A stretch of 64,000 bases of DNA from Gammaproteobacteria bacterium (lineage in GTDB: Bacteria; Pseudomonadota; Gammaproteobacteria; Eutrophobiales; Eutrophobiaceae). Location: contig OZ244905.1 of assembly GCA_965221695.1 (NCBI GenBank), positions 1,216,001-1,280,000 of the forward strand, read 5' to 3'. The translations under genes were made by a program, and so were the position numbers. The notes below the pieces were generated by a model that saw only the letters and a program-made list of their open reading frames with translations, ran no database searches and had not been told where the DNA came from. Positions 9,895 to 19,741 of this stretch are shown in pieces. Numbering within the stretch: the stretch's first letter is position 1; each line of letters begins with the position of its first letter.

Positions 9895-9924
9895 ACTATA
9901 TACGCGTGACTTCGAGGTTGTCAA
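9895..9924 (-). promoter_or_regulatory. Putative sigma70 promoter for the DUF1640 gene
   Basis: TTGACA-N18-TATAGT on the minus strand. Confidence 0.5.
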
Positions 9925-9960
9925 TCTATGTATTTTGTTTCTCACCCACAGGGCAAACAC

Positions 9961-10110
9961 ACCGTACCACTCCCGCGAACCCCACCACCGCCCCACTCCC
10001 GCGAAAGCGGGAGTCCAGTCAAATACTGTGTCGCCCGCAGGACGACTCTTTGTCCCACTGGATTCCCGCTTGCGCGGGAATGGGGCGGAGACGATTACGC
10101 GGGAATGGGA
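9961..10110. repeat. Composite palindromic repeat (ATTCCC-N8-GGGAAT core, dRS3/REP-like)
   Basis: CACTCCCGCGAAAGCGGGAGTCCAGT-linker-ACTGGATTCCCGCTTGCGCGGGAATGG; same unit and linker recur at 18361-18577 and 48419-48521. Confidence 0.85.
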
Positions 10111-10169
10111 TGGGAGGCGCTTGCACGGAAATGGAATTGGGCGCAGGTTGGTTTGTAAAAGTTACACAC

Positions 10170-10201
10170 AAAAAAAAGGCGCACTATGCGGTGCGCCTTT
10201 T
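10170..10201 (-). terminator. Rho-independent terminator of the porin gene
   Basis: AAAAGGCGCAC-tatgcg-GTGCGCCTTTT hairpin with a T8 tail on the minus strand, about 40 nt after the porin stop. Confidence 0.85.
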
Positions 10202-10238
10202 CTTCAGGTCGAAAGACCTTGTTTTGCTTAATACAGGT

Positions 10239-11456
10239 TTACCAGAGTAGGAACCCGCCGATGGAGAAGGTGTCGACATCGTCCTGACCCAGCAAGCTAT
10301 TCTCGTAATTACCGTACTCGGCAATGACCTTCAGCCATGAATTTACATCATGATATACACCTACTGTCCATAGCTCGCCTTTTGACGAAGGAATTCCATA
10401 TGCTGAATCAGAATCCTGTTTTGACTCGCCGTAACCACCGCCAATCTTAGTTTTGCCATTGAAGGTATAAGATGCCTGCACATAATAGCCATCGTTGTCA
10501 GCCTCATTACAACCTGCGCCATCAACACAAGCAAACCCCTCATTGCCTAGGCTAGGCCCAGGATTGAATAATAAAGTACCCAAAGCCTCGCCGTCATAAT
10601 ATTGACCAGTCATGCTGAATCCCTGAGCAGAAACTTCGGCACCGATGTTCCAACCTACAGTTTCAACATCTCCATAGTCAACTACTTCCATCTCCTGCCA
10701 TATGAAGCCGGCCCAACCGCTGAAGCTCCCGCCCTCGAAGGCGGAATTGAAAGTGGCCTCAGCCTGGAATTGCGGCGTATCTGTCTCATACCCATTATTG
10801 GTTCCAAGAGTAGCGCTGCCAATTGGTTCTTGCGGATCAAAGATACCGACTGACAACTGGAAGCCATTCATATCCGGCGTCTGATAGACAAAGCGAGTGC
10901 GGAAATCTGGATATACATAACCATAACCGATTCGACCCAGGCCAGTACCACCGCCATCAGCCCCTGCCAAAGCACCCATACCAAACAGGGTGTAGTCCTT
11001 CAAAATCGCCTGACGCCCGAACAGGGCCAGGGTGCGGCCTACGCTGATGGTGCCGAAATCACCGGATATGTTGAAGAACACTTCACGCATATCAATATTG
11101 GAACCCGTCCCAAACACACCGGACTTGTTCAATCGGCTGCTCTTCTCACTGGAACTGTCCACGGCGAACGTGATCTGGCCGGTACCTGTCAGACCGTTGA
11201 CCTCAGGGGTCTTGACCGTCATGGTATGGAATGAAGGCAACAGCCCTTCGTTCAAATGGGCACTGTCTTCACTAGTACCGTTAGTGAATTCAAAGTCACT
11301 CTGCGTATAGAACAGGTTGATAAAGCCGCCGTAGCTGACTTCCCAACCGTCTGCGCCGCCAAGGACTATCGCGGCATTGGAGGGCATGCTCAATGCGCCT
11401 GCCAGTGCCAGCGTGCTCAGAACAGTTGTGAGCTTGGTTTTATTTAGTTTCATCAT
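10239..11456 (-). CDS. Gram-negative outer membrane porin
   Basis: Signal peptide, amphipathic beta strands, ISGDFGTISVGR, YQTPDMNGFQLSVG, terminal aromatic W; strong RBS and terminator. Confidence 0.88.
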   Translation of the reverse strand: MMKLNKTKLTTVLSTLALAGALSMPSNAAIVLGGADGWEVSYGGFINLFYTQSDFEFTNGTSEDSAHLNEGLLPSFHTMTVKTPEVNGLTGTGQITFAVDSSSEKSSRLNKSGVFGTGSNIDMREVFFNISGDFGTISVGRTLALFGRQAILKDYTLFGMGALAGADGGGTGLGRIGYGYVYPDFRTRFVYQTPDMNGFQLSVGIFDPQEPIGSATLGTNNGYETDTPQFQAEATFNSAFEGGSFSGWAGFIWQEMEVVDYGDVETVGWNIGAEVSAQGFSMTGQYYDGEALGTLLFNPGPSLGNEGFACVDGAGCNEADNDGYYVQASYTFNGKTKIGGGYGESKQDSDSAYGIPSSKGELWTVGVYHDVNSWLKVIAEYGNYENSLLGQDDVDTFSIGGFLLW

Positions 11457-11697
11457 TCTCCTCCTCAGGAAAAGTATTAAGCGATTAAAAATACTACGAT
11501 TTTTATTACAAACTCTTTGTTATGGCTTATTCAAGCTAGTTCATTGTTAAAGGATATTGCATAACTGGAGAAATTGCAACATATAAAAGGGACATTTACA
11601 ACACTTTTTTGACATTATTATGTTGTGTGCCTTTACTTCGTCTCTTTTGCGCAACAACTGGAACGTCGCGAGGGTGTATATAAGGAGTTTATTGTCT

Positions 11698-11724
11698 ACT
11701 GGATTCCCGCTTTCGCGGGAATGG
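11698..11724. repeat. Solo ATTCCC-N8-GGGAAT palindrome
   Basis: ACTGGATTCCCGCTTTCGCGGGAATGG, identical to 12468-12494. Confidence 0.8.
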
Positions 11725-11799
11725 TATATATCGTGCGGGCGTCCCGTCTGCGGGCAGGCGGGACGCCTGCGGTCCCGGGCGGGCGCCGGCCACAATCGG

Positions 11800-12105
11800 T
11801 CAGCCTCCGCCTCTTTGGTACGCCAGTTCAAAGCGCGCCAGGAACGCTGCCTGATCGGTCGGGGTGAAACCGTTGAATTCCATGCTGACATGTGTGACGG
11901 GAAATTCCAGCAGGCCGAGTTTTCTTACGGTCTCCGGCATCAGGCTGATGTTGATCTGGCCGGCGTTTGTCGTGATGCTTGCGTGGTTGCCGTCGCGGGT
12001 AACCGGCGCGCCGTTCACCGCTCGCGGCAGCAGGCGGAAGAAGTCCTTGTGGGTGATGCTCATCTCCCGGGTCAGGAGACTATCCAACGCTGACGCAGTA
12101 TTCAC
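11800..12105 (-). CDS. Small conserved protein at the end of the aor operon (AorE-like position)
   Basis: REMSIT..DFFRLLP...F...YQRGGG; co-oriented 30 nt after the MoaD-like gene. Confidence 0.6.
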   Translation of the reverse strand: MNTASALDSLLTREMSITHKDFFRLLPRAVNGAPVTRDGNHASITTNAGQINISLMPETVRKLGLLEFPVTHVSMEFNGFTPTDQAAFLARFELAYQRGGG

Positions 12106-12135
12106 GAACGGTGTTAAGTCAGTAGCTGGTCAACG

Positions 12136-12387
12136 TTAGCCGCCGGCTACCGGCGGCCATATCGCAAGGGTGTCTCCTTCATTGAATACCGCTTTGTTCC
12201 GATCTTCCGGTTTGATGTAAACCCCGTTCAGTAACACCAGGTGCGCCATTTCCCTGGGCACGTTGTACCTGTCGATGACTTCATAGGCCGTATTGTGTTC
12301 GGATATCTCGATGAGGAGTTTGTTTTTCTCCGCATCCGGGGGGAGATAGTCGGTTAAACCGGCATAGAGTTTCAGGGTGAGTTTCAT
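12136..12387 (-). CDS. MoaD/ThiS-family sulfur carrier
   Basis: Ubiquitin-like fold, ends LAIWPPVAGG. Confidence 0.92.
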   Translation of the reverse strand: MKLTLKLYAGLTDYLPPDAEKNKLLIEISEHNTAYEVIDRYNVPREMAHLVLLNGVYIKPEDRNKAVFNEGDTLAIWPPVAGG

Positions 12388-12467
12388 GATTATTTTGGGG
12401 CGTTGCGCGTTATGTGATTTGGCTGGCTTCCCGATTTATAAAGTGTCGCTGCGCGACAGGTTTTCTG

Positions 12468-12494
12468 ACTGGATTCCCGCTTTCGCGGGAATGG
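12468..12494. repeat. Solo ATTCCC-N8-GGGAAT palindrome inside the aor operon
   Basis: ACTGGATTCCCGCTTTCGCGGGAATGG. Confidence 0.8.
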
Positions 12495-12568
12495 GATGGC
12501 CCGGAGTTTGTCTGGCATGGTGGCGACGAAGCCTGATCTCGCGGGGCTGTCGGGGTCAGGCAATTCGC

Positions 12569-13834
12569 TCAAAGCAGGGCTGCGTTATGGCCGATGGACT
12601 GGGTTGCCCCCAGGTATGCCTCCATAATCCGGGTCGGGTCCTGCAGCAGGTGGTCCTTCCATTTGCCCAGTTTCAGCTTGGTCTGGATCAGGCCGCGCAG
12701 CACGCCTACGTGATTGGTCAGTCCCAATGCCTGCGCGCCGACGAGGATGTCATCCTGGAATTGCAGGCTGATATAGCGGTATTTTTCCGCATCCACCAAC
12801 TCCACGGATTCGCCGCCTTCGACACCCATCCATAAGCCGTAGGAAGTGGAGATCAGGCCCATGGTATCGAGCACGTTCATATTCACGCTGCCCTGGTGGC
12901 GGGTATCCCGGCCGGCCATGTTCATGGCTGCGAGCCTGCCGTGGTCGGCGGCGGTGGGCTGGATTGCCTGTACATTGAACTCTCCGGTGGAGAAATCCCT
13001 GCCCTGGCATACATCGCCGGCGGCGTACACGTCAGGGTGGCTGCTCTGCAGGCGGTCGTTCACGAGCACGCCGAAATCGGTCTCAATGCCGCTGTCTTGC
13101 AGAAACTGTATATTGGCGCGTACACCGGTGGCGGAGATCACCACGTCGGCGCCCAGCCGGTCGCCGTTATCCAGTTGCACCGACAGTCTGTCTGTACCGT
13201 CCTGTTCAAGCGACTCCACCCGGGTCGAGGTCAGCACGTTGACGCCTTTGTCCAGGCACCATTGTTTAATCAGGTTACCGGCAGTCTGGTTCATCATGCG
13301 CGGCACCATGCGGTCTTCCATCTCGATCACGGTCAGGTTTACGCCGCGCTCGGCCAGCGCCTCAAGGATAATACAGCCGATAAACCCCGCGCCCATCAGA
13401 ATGACGTCGGATCCCTTGCTTGCGTTTTGCGCGATGTTCCTGCCGTCTTCAAGGGTCCAGCAGGAATGCACACCGGGCAAATCCAGGCCGGGGATGGGTG
13501 GCCGGATGGGATGCGAGCCGGTGGCAATCAACAGCTTATCGAAGTTGACCGTTGCGCCGCTCTCCAGTTCCAGGGTGTGGGCGTTCGGGTCCACCGACGC
13601 CACACGGTCCCGGATCAGCTCTATATCCATATCCGCATAATGGCTGGCCGTCTTGCGCAGGTAGGTGCCGGCCTCATCGATGTTGTCGATAAGATAATAT
13701 GGCAGCGCCATGCGCGAGTAAGGTGGTTCCGTTTCGTCGCCGATCAGCTTGATTGAACAGGAAGCGTCGTTTTTCCTCAGCGTTTCCGCTGCGATAACGC
13801 CGGCAGGCCCGGCGCCGATAATGACATGTTGCAT
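12569..13834 (-). CDS. FAD/NAD-dependent oxidoreductase subunit of AOR (AorC-like)
   Basis: IIGAGPAG, LIATGS, GAGFIG, YAAGD motifs; directly downstream of the AOR catalytic subunit. Confidence 0.88.
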   Translation of the reverse strand: MQHVIIGAGPAGVIAAETLRKNDASCSIKLIGDETEPPYSRMALPYYLIDNIDEAGTYLRKTASHYADMDIELIRDRVASVDPNAHTLELESGATVNFDKLLIATGSHPIRPPIPGLDLPGVHSCWTLEDGRNIAQNASKGSDVILMGAGFIGCIILEALAERGVNLTVIEMEDRMVPRMMNQTAGNLIKQWCLDKGVNVLTSTRVESLEQDGTDRLSVQLDNGDRLGADVVISATGVRANIQFLQDSGIETDFGVLVNDRLQSSHPDVYAAGDVCQGRDFSTGEFNVQAIQPTAADHGRLAAMNMAGRDTRHQGSVNMNVLDTMGLISTSYGLWMGVEGGESVELVDAEKYRYISLQFQDDILVGAQALGLTNHVGVLRGLIQTKLKLGKWKDHLLQDPTRIMEAYLGATQSIGHNAALL

Positions 13835-13897
13835 AGTGTCAGTCTCTTGTGTTGCTTGCATGGGGGCGGATTTGAGTCCGCCCCAGGCATCCTTATA

Positions 13898-15748
13898 TTA
13901 AAGGCTGAGGCGTTGCCGGGTTTCGTCAGTCGGCACGCCTTGTTCGTTCCAGCCGCGCACCTCGTAGTACTTCGGCAACATCTCGTGCAGGCGGTTCACA
14001 TTGCCCTTGGCCGGGCCGGTCTGGGCCGGTTCCGTCAGCAGGCGTTTCGGCAACGTGTCGTCTGCCGCAGTCAGCCCCGCCGCAAGATTGAACTCGCGTT
14101 CCAGGTTCCAGATGCGTTCGCCTGCCTCAAGCATGGTCTCGGGGGTCCATTCACCCTCGCAGGCCGCTGCGACCTGGGGTGCGATGTCTTCCAGGGTCCA
14201 GGCAAACGTGGTGAACACGCACAGGCCGCTGGAATCCACGATCGCGGTCGCGTCCTGGAATGCCTTGACCAGTTCCGGCTTGCCTTCCGTGGTTAATGGA
14301 TCGGTTTTTTCCGGCACGCCCATGATTTCCGAAGAGACAGTATAACTGCGCAAGTGGCAGGCGCCGCGGTTGGATGTGGCATAGGTCAGGCCCATGCCCT
14401 GGATACCGCGCGGATCGTAAGCGGGGAACTCCTGGCCCTTGACCGTCATCGACAAATCCGGATGGCCATACTTCTCACACAAGCGCTTTGAACCCAGTCC
14501 AAGGTCCAGGCCAAAACCCTCGCCCTTGCACGTGACTTCCGTCGCCCAGGTCAGCGCTTCGGCCGAGCCGAACTTGAGTTCGACGCCGCCGGTCTCCTTC
14601 TTGGTGATTGCGCCGAGTTGGTAAAGCTCCATCGCCGCGGCTACGGTTGCGCCGAAGGAGATGGGATCGATGCCGTCTTCGTTGCAGATAAAGTTCGCAT
14701 AGGTCAGCGCATCAATGTCGTCGACGCCGGTGTCCGATCCCAGCGCCCAGGCCGCTTCGTATTCCAGGCCGCCGGACGCGCCCCAGTATTGCGGCTTGTT
14801 TTCGATGCTGAAATGGCCCCGGTCGATGGTGGATATGCGCCCGCAAGCGATGGTGCAGCCAAAACAACCGGCGTTGGTGACCAGGTTGGGCTTGCCGTCG
14901 CTCTCGCGCGGCTCATGCATCGCCTCGCCGGAAATCTTGCTTGCGCCCTCGAACTGTACTTCGCGCATGTTGCGGGTAGGCATTGCGCCGACTTCATTGA
15001 TCACGTTCATCAGTACCTGGGTACCGTAGGTAGGCAGCCCCTGTCCGGTGACCGCGTTCTCTGCCAGGACCTGCTTGCCGGCGTTTACCGCCTGCATGAA
15101 AGCGCCCGGGTCCTTGATGTTGCCAACGCCTTTAGTTCCTCTGACCGCCACGGCCTTGAGGTTCTTGGATGCCATAACCGTGCCGACACCGGAGCGCCCG
15201 GCAGCGCGGTGCAGGTCGTTTACGATCGCCGCGTACAGGCAGCCTTTCTCGGCAGCGCGGCCGACGGCGGCGACACGCAGCAGCGGATCCTGGTATTTTT
15301 TGTGCAACCACTCATCCGCAGTCCATACTGATTGTCCCCAGATCTCAGCGGCGGGAACAATCTCCACCTTTTCATTTTCAAGATACAGGTATACAGGCTG
15401 CGGCGATTTGCCCTCAAAGATGATCATGTCGTAGCCTGCGGCCTTCAACTCCGCGCCGATAAAGCCGCCGGAATTCGAGCAGGCTACGGCCCCGGTCAGG
15501 GGGCTCTTGGTAACGACAGAGTAGCGCCCGCCGGTGGATGCCATGGTGCCGGTCAGCGGACCGGTGGTCATGATCAACTTGTTTTCCGGCCCCAACGCGT
15601 CACACTTCGGGTCGATTTCTTCCGTCAGGTACTTGGTAGCAAGACCGCGCTGCCCCAGGTAAAGCCTCGCCCACTCCATGTTCAGTGGCTCATTGCTGGT
15701 AGTGCCCTTGGTCAGGTTTACGCGTAAAACATTATTAGCCCATGCCAT
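13898..15748 (-). CDS. aor: Tungsten-dependent aldehyde oxidoreductase, catalytic subunit (AorB-like)
   Basis: KSPLTG, AAGRSGVGTVMASKNLKA, CFGCTIACG, EYE, D.I, YDPRG..GMGL.YATSNRGACH, DSSGLCVF. Confidence 0.95.
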   Translation of the reverse strand: MAWANNVLRVNLTKGTTSNEPLNMEWARLYLGQRGLATKYLTEEIDPKCDALGPENKLIMTTGPLTGTMASTGGRYSVVTKSPLTGAVACSNSGGFIGAELKAAGYDMIIFEGKSPQPVYLYLENEKVEIVPAAEIWGQSVWTADEWLHKKYQDPLLRVAAVGRAAEKGCLYAAIVNDLHRAAGRSGVGTVMASKNLKAVAVRGTKGVGNIKDPGAFMQAVNAGKQVLAENAVTGQGLPTYGTQVLMNVINEVGAMPTRNMREVQFEGASKISGEAMHEPRESDGKPNLVTNAGCFGCTIACGRISTIDRGHFSIENKPQYWGASGGLEYEAAWALGSDTGVDDIDALTYANFICNEDGIDPISFGATVAAAMELYQLGAITKKETGGVELKFGSAEALTWATEVTCKGEGFGLDLGLGSKRLCEKYGHPDLSMTVKGQEFPAYDPRGIQGMGLTYATSNRGACHLRSYTVSSEIMGVPEKTDPLTTEGKPELVKAFQDATAIVDSSGLCVFTTFAWTLEDIAPQVAAACEGEWTPETMLEAGERIWNLEREFNLAAGLTAADDTLPKRLLTEPAQTGPAKGNVNRLHEMLPKYYEVRGWNEQGVPTDETRQRLSL

Positions 15749-15766
15749 TTCAAATCTCCTCCAATA

Positions 15767-16228
15767 TCAATTCGCGCCTGCCGCTGCGTGAGCACGCATC
15801 CGGGCCAGCCCGGTATGATCAGCATCGACATAGGTGATAGCCGCCGTCGGGCAGGCTTTCGCGCATTCGGGGTCGCCACCACACAGGTCGCATTTGTAGA
15901 CAACCTTGGTGTCCTGGTTGTAGTTTACCGTACCGAACGGGCAGGCAATCGTGCACACCTTGCAGCCGACGCAAACATCGGCCAACACGTCCTTGGAACC
16001 GGTCTCCTCGTTCAGCACGATGGCCTCGACCGGGCAGGCGTGCATACACCAGGCCTCGCTGCACTGGGTGCAGGTGTAGGGGACAAACCGGCCTTCCTCG
16101 TGGAAGGTGAATACCTTGATGCGGGATTTTGCAGGGTTGAATACCCCTTCCGCTTGGTAGGAACAGGCAAGTTCACATTGGAGGCAACCGGTACACTTCT
16201 CCGGTTCGATCTGGAGCGCTCTCAGCAT
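15767..16228 (-). CDS. 4x[4Fe-4S] polyferredoxin subunit (AorA-like)
   Basis: CTGCLQCELAC, CTQC...C..ACP, CVGCKVCTIACP, KCDLC...CAKACP. Confidence 0.93.
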   Translation of the reverse strand: MLRALQIEPEKCTGCLQCELACSYQAEGVFNPAKSRIKVFTFHEEGRFVPYTCTQCSEAWCMHACPVEAIVLNEETGSKDVLADVCVGCKVCTIACPFGTVNYNQDTKVVYKCDLCGGDPECAKACPTAAITYVDADHTGLARMRAHAAAGAN

Positions 16229-16522
16229 CACAATCTCCTTCGATAGCGATAATTAATCAGAATAAGGAACGAAAAAATCTCATGCTTTATCGGGAAAAAC
16301 TCCCAACTGTATCAGTATGATTGTCATATATAATGAGACTGATCGGTTTTAATTTATAGTATAGCTTATTGTTATCAGCCAGGTCAGCCACCTGATGCGA
16401 AGCAGAGCATACAGAATATTTCCGAGGATGGCAACCTGCAATCCTACTTTGTATACGGGATGGCTTGACAGAACTATTTTTCGGGACCCTGGTCAAATAA
16501 CACACTGACGGACAGGACAACA

Positions 16523-17332
16523 ATGAAATCCATAGTTTACAGAATTACCGCGTTACTCTTGTTTGCATCGGCCCCAGCCGGCGCCGCGGACATGACTGAG
16601 ATCAGTTTCGCCTTCATCGGCGCTGCAGACAGCAGCGCGCACCGGGGCGTTGTGCAGGGTATTCACGAGGCAAACCTGCAGGGGCAGTTCCTGGGTCAGA
16701 ACTATACGCTGGAGGAGTTCAGCGGGGACGACCTGGAAGCCATTGACCCTGACAGGTTTATCGCTATTATTGTCGCCGGCAACGCAGACGATGTGACACG
16801 GGCCGGCGCCCGTTACAGCGACCATGCAGTGTTCAATGTGGGCGCGCATGAGGATGCGCTGCGGGAAGCCTGCGCGAGCAACCTGCTGCACGTGATACCC
16901 AGCGCCAGGATGCTGGCCGATGCCGATGCCCAGTGGTTGCAAAAAAACCCGGAAGCCGATATCAGCGCCTCCGGCTGGCACCCCCGGTTCGTGAAATTCG
17001 CCGCGCGGGACCTGAACAAGCGCTACAAAAAGCGGTTCGACCACGCTATGGACCAGTATGCGTGGGCCGGCTGGGCCGCGGTCAAGATGACCTCGGACTC
17101 GGTGGCCAGGCAATCTATCACCGAGCCCGGCGCGATGCTCGAGTTCCTGAAAACGGGCTTGTCGTTCGACGGCCAGAAGGGTTTTGACATGGATTTTCGC
17201 GACACCGGGCAGTTACGCCAGTTGCTGCTGATATCCGGACCCGAAGGGGAGCTGCTGGGCGAGGCGCCGGTGCGGGGCGTTGTCGCTCCGGACGCGGTGG
17301 ACAGCCTGGGCCAGGCGTCTTGCAATGGTTAG
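16523..17332 (+). CDS. Periplasmic binding protein, PQQ-dependent catabolism-associated type
   Basis: Signal peptide; EANLQGQFLGQ.Y.L, LRxxCxxNLLHVIPS..M.ADA, AGWAAVK, FDGQKG...FR...QLRQ, LG...C. Confidence 0.72.
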   Translation: MKSIVYRITALLLFASAPAGAADMTEISFAFIGAADSSAHRGVVQGIHEANLQGQFLGQNYTLEEFSGDDLEAIDPDRFIAIIVAGNADDVTRAGARYSDHAVFNVGAHEDALREACASNLLHVIPSARMLADADAQWLQKNPEADISASGWHPRFVKFAARDLNKRYKKRFDHAMDQYAWAGWAAVKMTSDSVARQSITEPGAMLEFLKTGLSFDGQKGFDMDFRDTGQLRQLLLISGPEGELLGEAPVRGVVAPDAVDSLGQASCNG

Positions 17333-17405
17333 CGGGTGTCCAAAATTTATTCCTGGAGCAGAACAGGTTGTATAATTTTCAGATGTACAAGTTAAGGAGT
17401 CATCA

Positions 17406-18356
17406 ATGAAATATCTTATCAGCGTTATCGTATTGTTCCTGGCCGGCATGCAGCTTGCCACTGCCGCCAGTGGCCGTATCTTTGTCACCAATGAGCGCAG
17501 CAACGACATTTCCGTGATCAATGGCAGCACATTGGAAGTGGAACGCACCATTGAAGTGGGCAACCGACCCAGGGGCATCGGCATCTCGCCCGATGGCAAA
17601 GAGTTGTATGTAGCTGTCAGCGACGAGAATGTGATCGCAGTCATCGACCTTGGAACACTGGAGCTGCTGCGTAAATTCAAGGCCGGATCGGACCCGGAAA
17701 CCTTCGCGGTGCATCCGAACGGCAATATCTACATCTCCAACGAAGATGATGCCAAGGCATCCGCGTTTGACCCCAGGACCGGCGAGCAGATTGCGGAGAT
17801 CCAGGTGGGGCTGGAACCGGAAGGCGTGGCCATCTCCCCCGACGGCAAGCATGTCATCATCACCAGTGAATCGACCAACATGCTGCACGTGATCCAGGTT
17901 CCCGAACACACGATTGTTGCCAATATCCTGGTCGGCGCGCGCCCGCGTGCCGCCACGTTTACCCAAGATGGTTTGACGGCCTACTCCACGTCCGAGATCA
18001 GCGGCGAGGTCAAAAAAGTCGATATGACCAATTTCGAAGTGGTCGCGGTCAGGAAGATCGCCGATGAAAAAGCCAAACCCAAGGATGTGATCCTGAACAA
18101 GGACGAGACCAAGTTGTATGTGGCCGGCGGCAGGTCCAACCAGGTCATCGTCATGGAAGCGGAAACCATGGAAATCCTCAAGGGCATTCCGGTCGGCAAG
18201 CGGGTCTGGGGACTGGCCATGACCAAGGACGGCAGCAAGGTATTCAGCACAGACGGTGTCAGCGGCACGGTTTCAGTGATTGACACCGGCAAAGATGAGG
18301 TGATCAAGACTATTGAGGTCGGCAAATTCCCCTGGGGCGTGGTTGTTCACGACTAA
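17406..18356 (+). CDS. YVTN beta-propeller protein, PQQ-dependent catabolism-associated
   Basis: Signal peptide; repeated blades (FVTNE, VGNRPRG, GSDPETFA, VGLEPEG, VGARPR, VGKRVWG, VGKFPWG). Confidence 0.85.
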   Translation: MKYLISVIVLFLAGMQLATAASGRIFVTNERSNDISVINGSTLEVERTIEVGNRPRGIGISPDGKELYVAVSDENVIAVIDLGTLELLRKFKAGSDPETFAVHPNGNIYISNEDDAKASAFDPRTGEQIAEIQVGLEPEGVAISPDGKHVIITSESTNMLHVIQVPEHTIVANILVGARPRAATFTQDGLTAYSTSEISGEVKKVDMTNFEVVAVRKIADEKAKPKDVILNKDETKLYVAGGRSNQVIVMEAETMEILKGIPVGKRVWGLAMTKDGSKVFSTDGVSGTVSVIDTGKDEVIKTIEVGKFPWGVVVHD

Positions 18357-18360
18357 AGAT

Positions 18361-18577
18361 AAAGGGTCGCCCGGTGGGCGACATAGTATTTGACTGGACA
18401 CCCGCTTCCGCGGGAGTGGTACGGTGGCGGGATTCGCGGGAGCGCCCCCACCCCATTCCCGTGCAAACGGGAATCCAGTAAGGCTAGGGGTCGCCCCCCG
18501 GGCGACACAGTATTCTACTGGACTCCCGCTTCCGCGGGAGTGGTACGGTGGCTGTGTTCGCGGGAGTGGTACGGGGA
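18361..18577. repeat. Tandem cluster of the composite palindromic repeat between convergent genes
   Basis: One and a half units of the 9961-10110 element in reverse orientation plus GGGAGTGGTACGG half-sites. Confidence 0.85.
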
Positions 18578-18590
18578 AAGGCCTTAGGCG

Positions 18591-19412
18591 CTATTCCGGC
18601 TTCATAAACTTCATCGTCATCCGGTCGCTCTCGCCGATGGCGGCATACTTCTCCCGGTCCTCGTCACCCAGCCGGTAGCCCGGTGGCAGCGTCCATACGC
18701 CTTCAGGGTGGTCCTTGGTGTCCTTTGGGTTGGCATTGATCTCGGCCTTGCCGACGAACTGAAACCCGGCCTGTTCTGCCAGGCGCATGACCTCGGCCTC
18801 GGGGACATACCCCTTTTTTGACCATTCCTTGCCGACCATGTGCTCCTCGCCCCTGTGCGTTACCAGGCCCAGGATACCGCCGGGCTTCAAGACCTTGTAC
18901 ATCGCGGCAAACACCTGGTCCACACTATCGTTGTTCAGCCAGTTGTGCACATTACGGAAGGTCAGCACCATGTCCGCCTGCCCCGCCGGTTGCAGGTCCG
19001 GCTTGTTCGGGGGGGCAAATTCGATCACGTTGACCTTATCGTATATTTCCGGCTGCGCCGCCAGCTTGTCGAGGTATCTCCGGTGATTACGGCGGTAGTA
19101 TTCCACTTCGGACTCACTGTCGTAACTTGCCGCGTACAGCTCCCCGTTGTCCCTGAGATACGGCGCCAGTATCTCGGAATACCAGCCGCGTCCACCCGGG
19201 GACATCTCCACCACCGTCAGGTCGTCGCGCAGCCCGAACCAGTCCAGGGTCTCAGCCGGATTTCGATACATGTTGCGGGCCTTGTGGGCGTCGGAACGGT
19301 GGTCGCCGTTGGCAATTTCGTTGAGGCGGTCGATGTTCTCATTCGCGAGCGCCGGGCCTGCGGGCAGGCACAGGATTGTCACAACCAGGATCAGGCAACG
19401 ATATCTCTTCAT
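18591..19412 (-). CDS. Exported class I SAM-dependent methyltransferase-like protein
   Basis: Signal peptide; R.P.ETL..FG, VVEMSPG..GWYSEILAP, LTFRNVHNW, LKPGG.LG...HR, EINANPKD...GVWTLPP, IGESDRM. Confidence 0.82.
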   Translation of the reverse strand: MKRYRCLILVVTILCLPAGPALANENIDRLNEIANGDHRSDAHKARNMYRNPAETLDWFGLRDDLTVVEMSPGGRGWYSEILAPYLRDNGELYAASYDSESEVEYYRRNHRRYLDKLAAQPEIYDKVNVIEFAPPNKPDLQPAGQADMVLTFRNVHNWLNNDSVDQVFAAMYKVLKPGGILGLVTHRGEEHMVGKEWSKKGYVPEAEVMRLAEQAGFQFVGKAEINANPKDTKDHPEGVWTLPPGYRLGDEDREKYAAIGESDRMTMKFMKPE

Positions 19413-19521
19413 GATTTGTTTCCTCCGTCATATCGGTAGACGGGTATATGTTACCCTGTCCGCCAACGGTTGAGAAATGTATTCGCCAGCAAGCGCCGAA
19501 AGTGTTGTATCATAGGCAGCT

Positions 19522-19741
19522 TTATCGAAACCCCAAATGCCGCGCCAGGGATGGCTGCTCTCTATAAAGTTATGCCGGATTAGCTCAGTTGGGCGAACCG
19601 GATTAAGCAAAAGACACTAAATGTGTCTTTTGCCCGGTGAGCGCCACAACACGGATGTTGGGGCCGGAGGTTATCGAAACCTCAAATGCCGCGCCAGGGA
19701 TGGCTGCTTTCTATAAGGTTATGCCGGATTAGCTCAGTTGG
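19522..19741 (+). repeat. 71-bp direct repeat (19522-19592 and 19671-19741) covering the tRNA leader and first 19 nt of tRNA-Thr
   Basis: 68 of 71 positions identical, 149-bp period; first copy stops after GCCGGATTAGCTCAGTTGG. Confidence 0.92.

Noticed and set aside
16232-16522. Moco/Wco riboswitch upstream of aorA, and GGA motifs before 16523 as Csr sites
   Set aside because: No recognisable riboswitch stems by eye; the GGA motifs are not in clear hairpin loops and one is simply the RBS
19574-19670. A second tRNA gene
   Set aside because: Only the first 19 nt match; no anticodon arm or T arm follows
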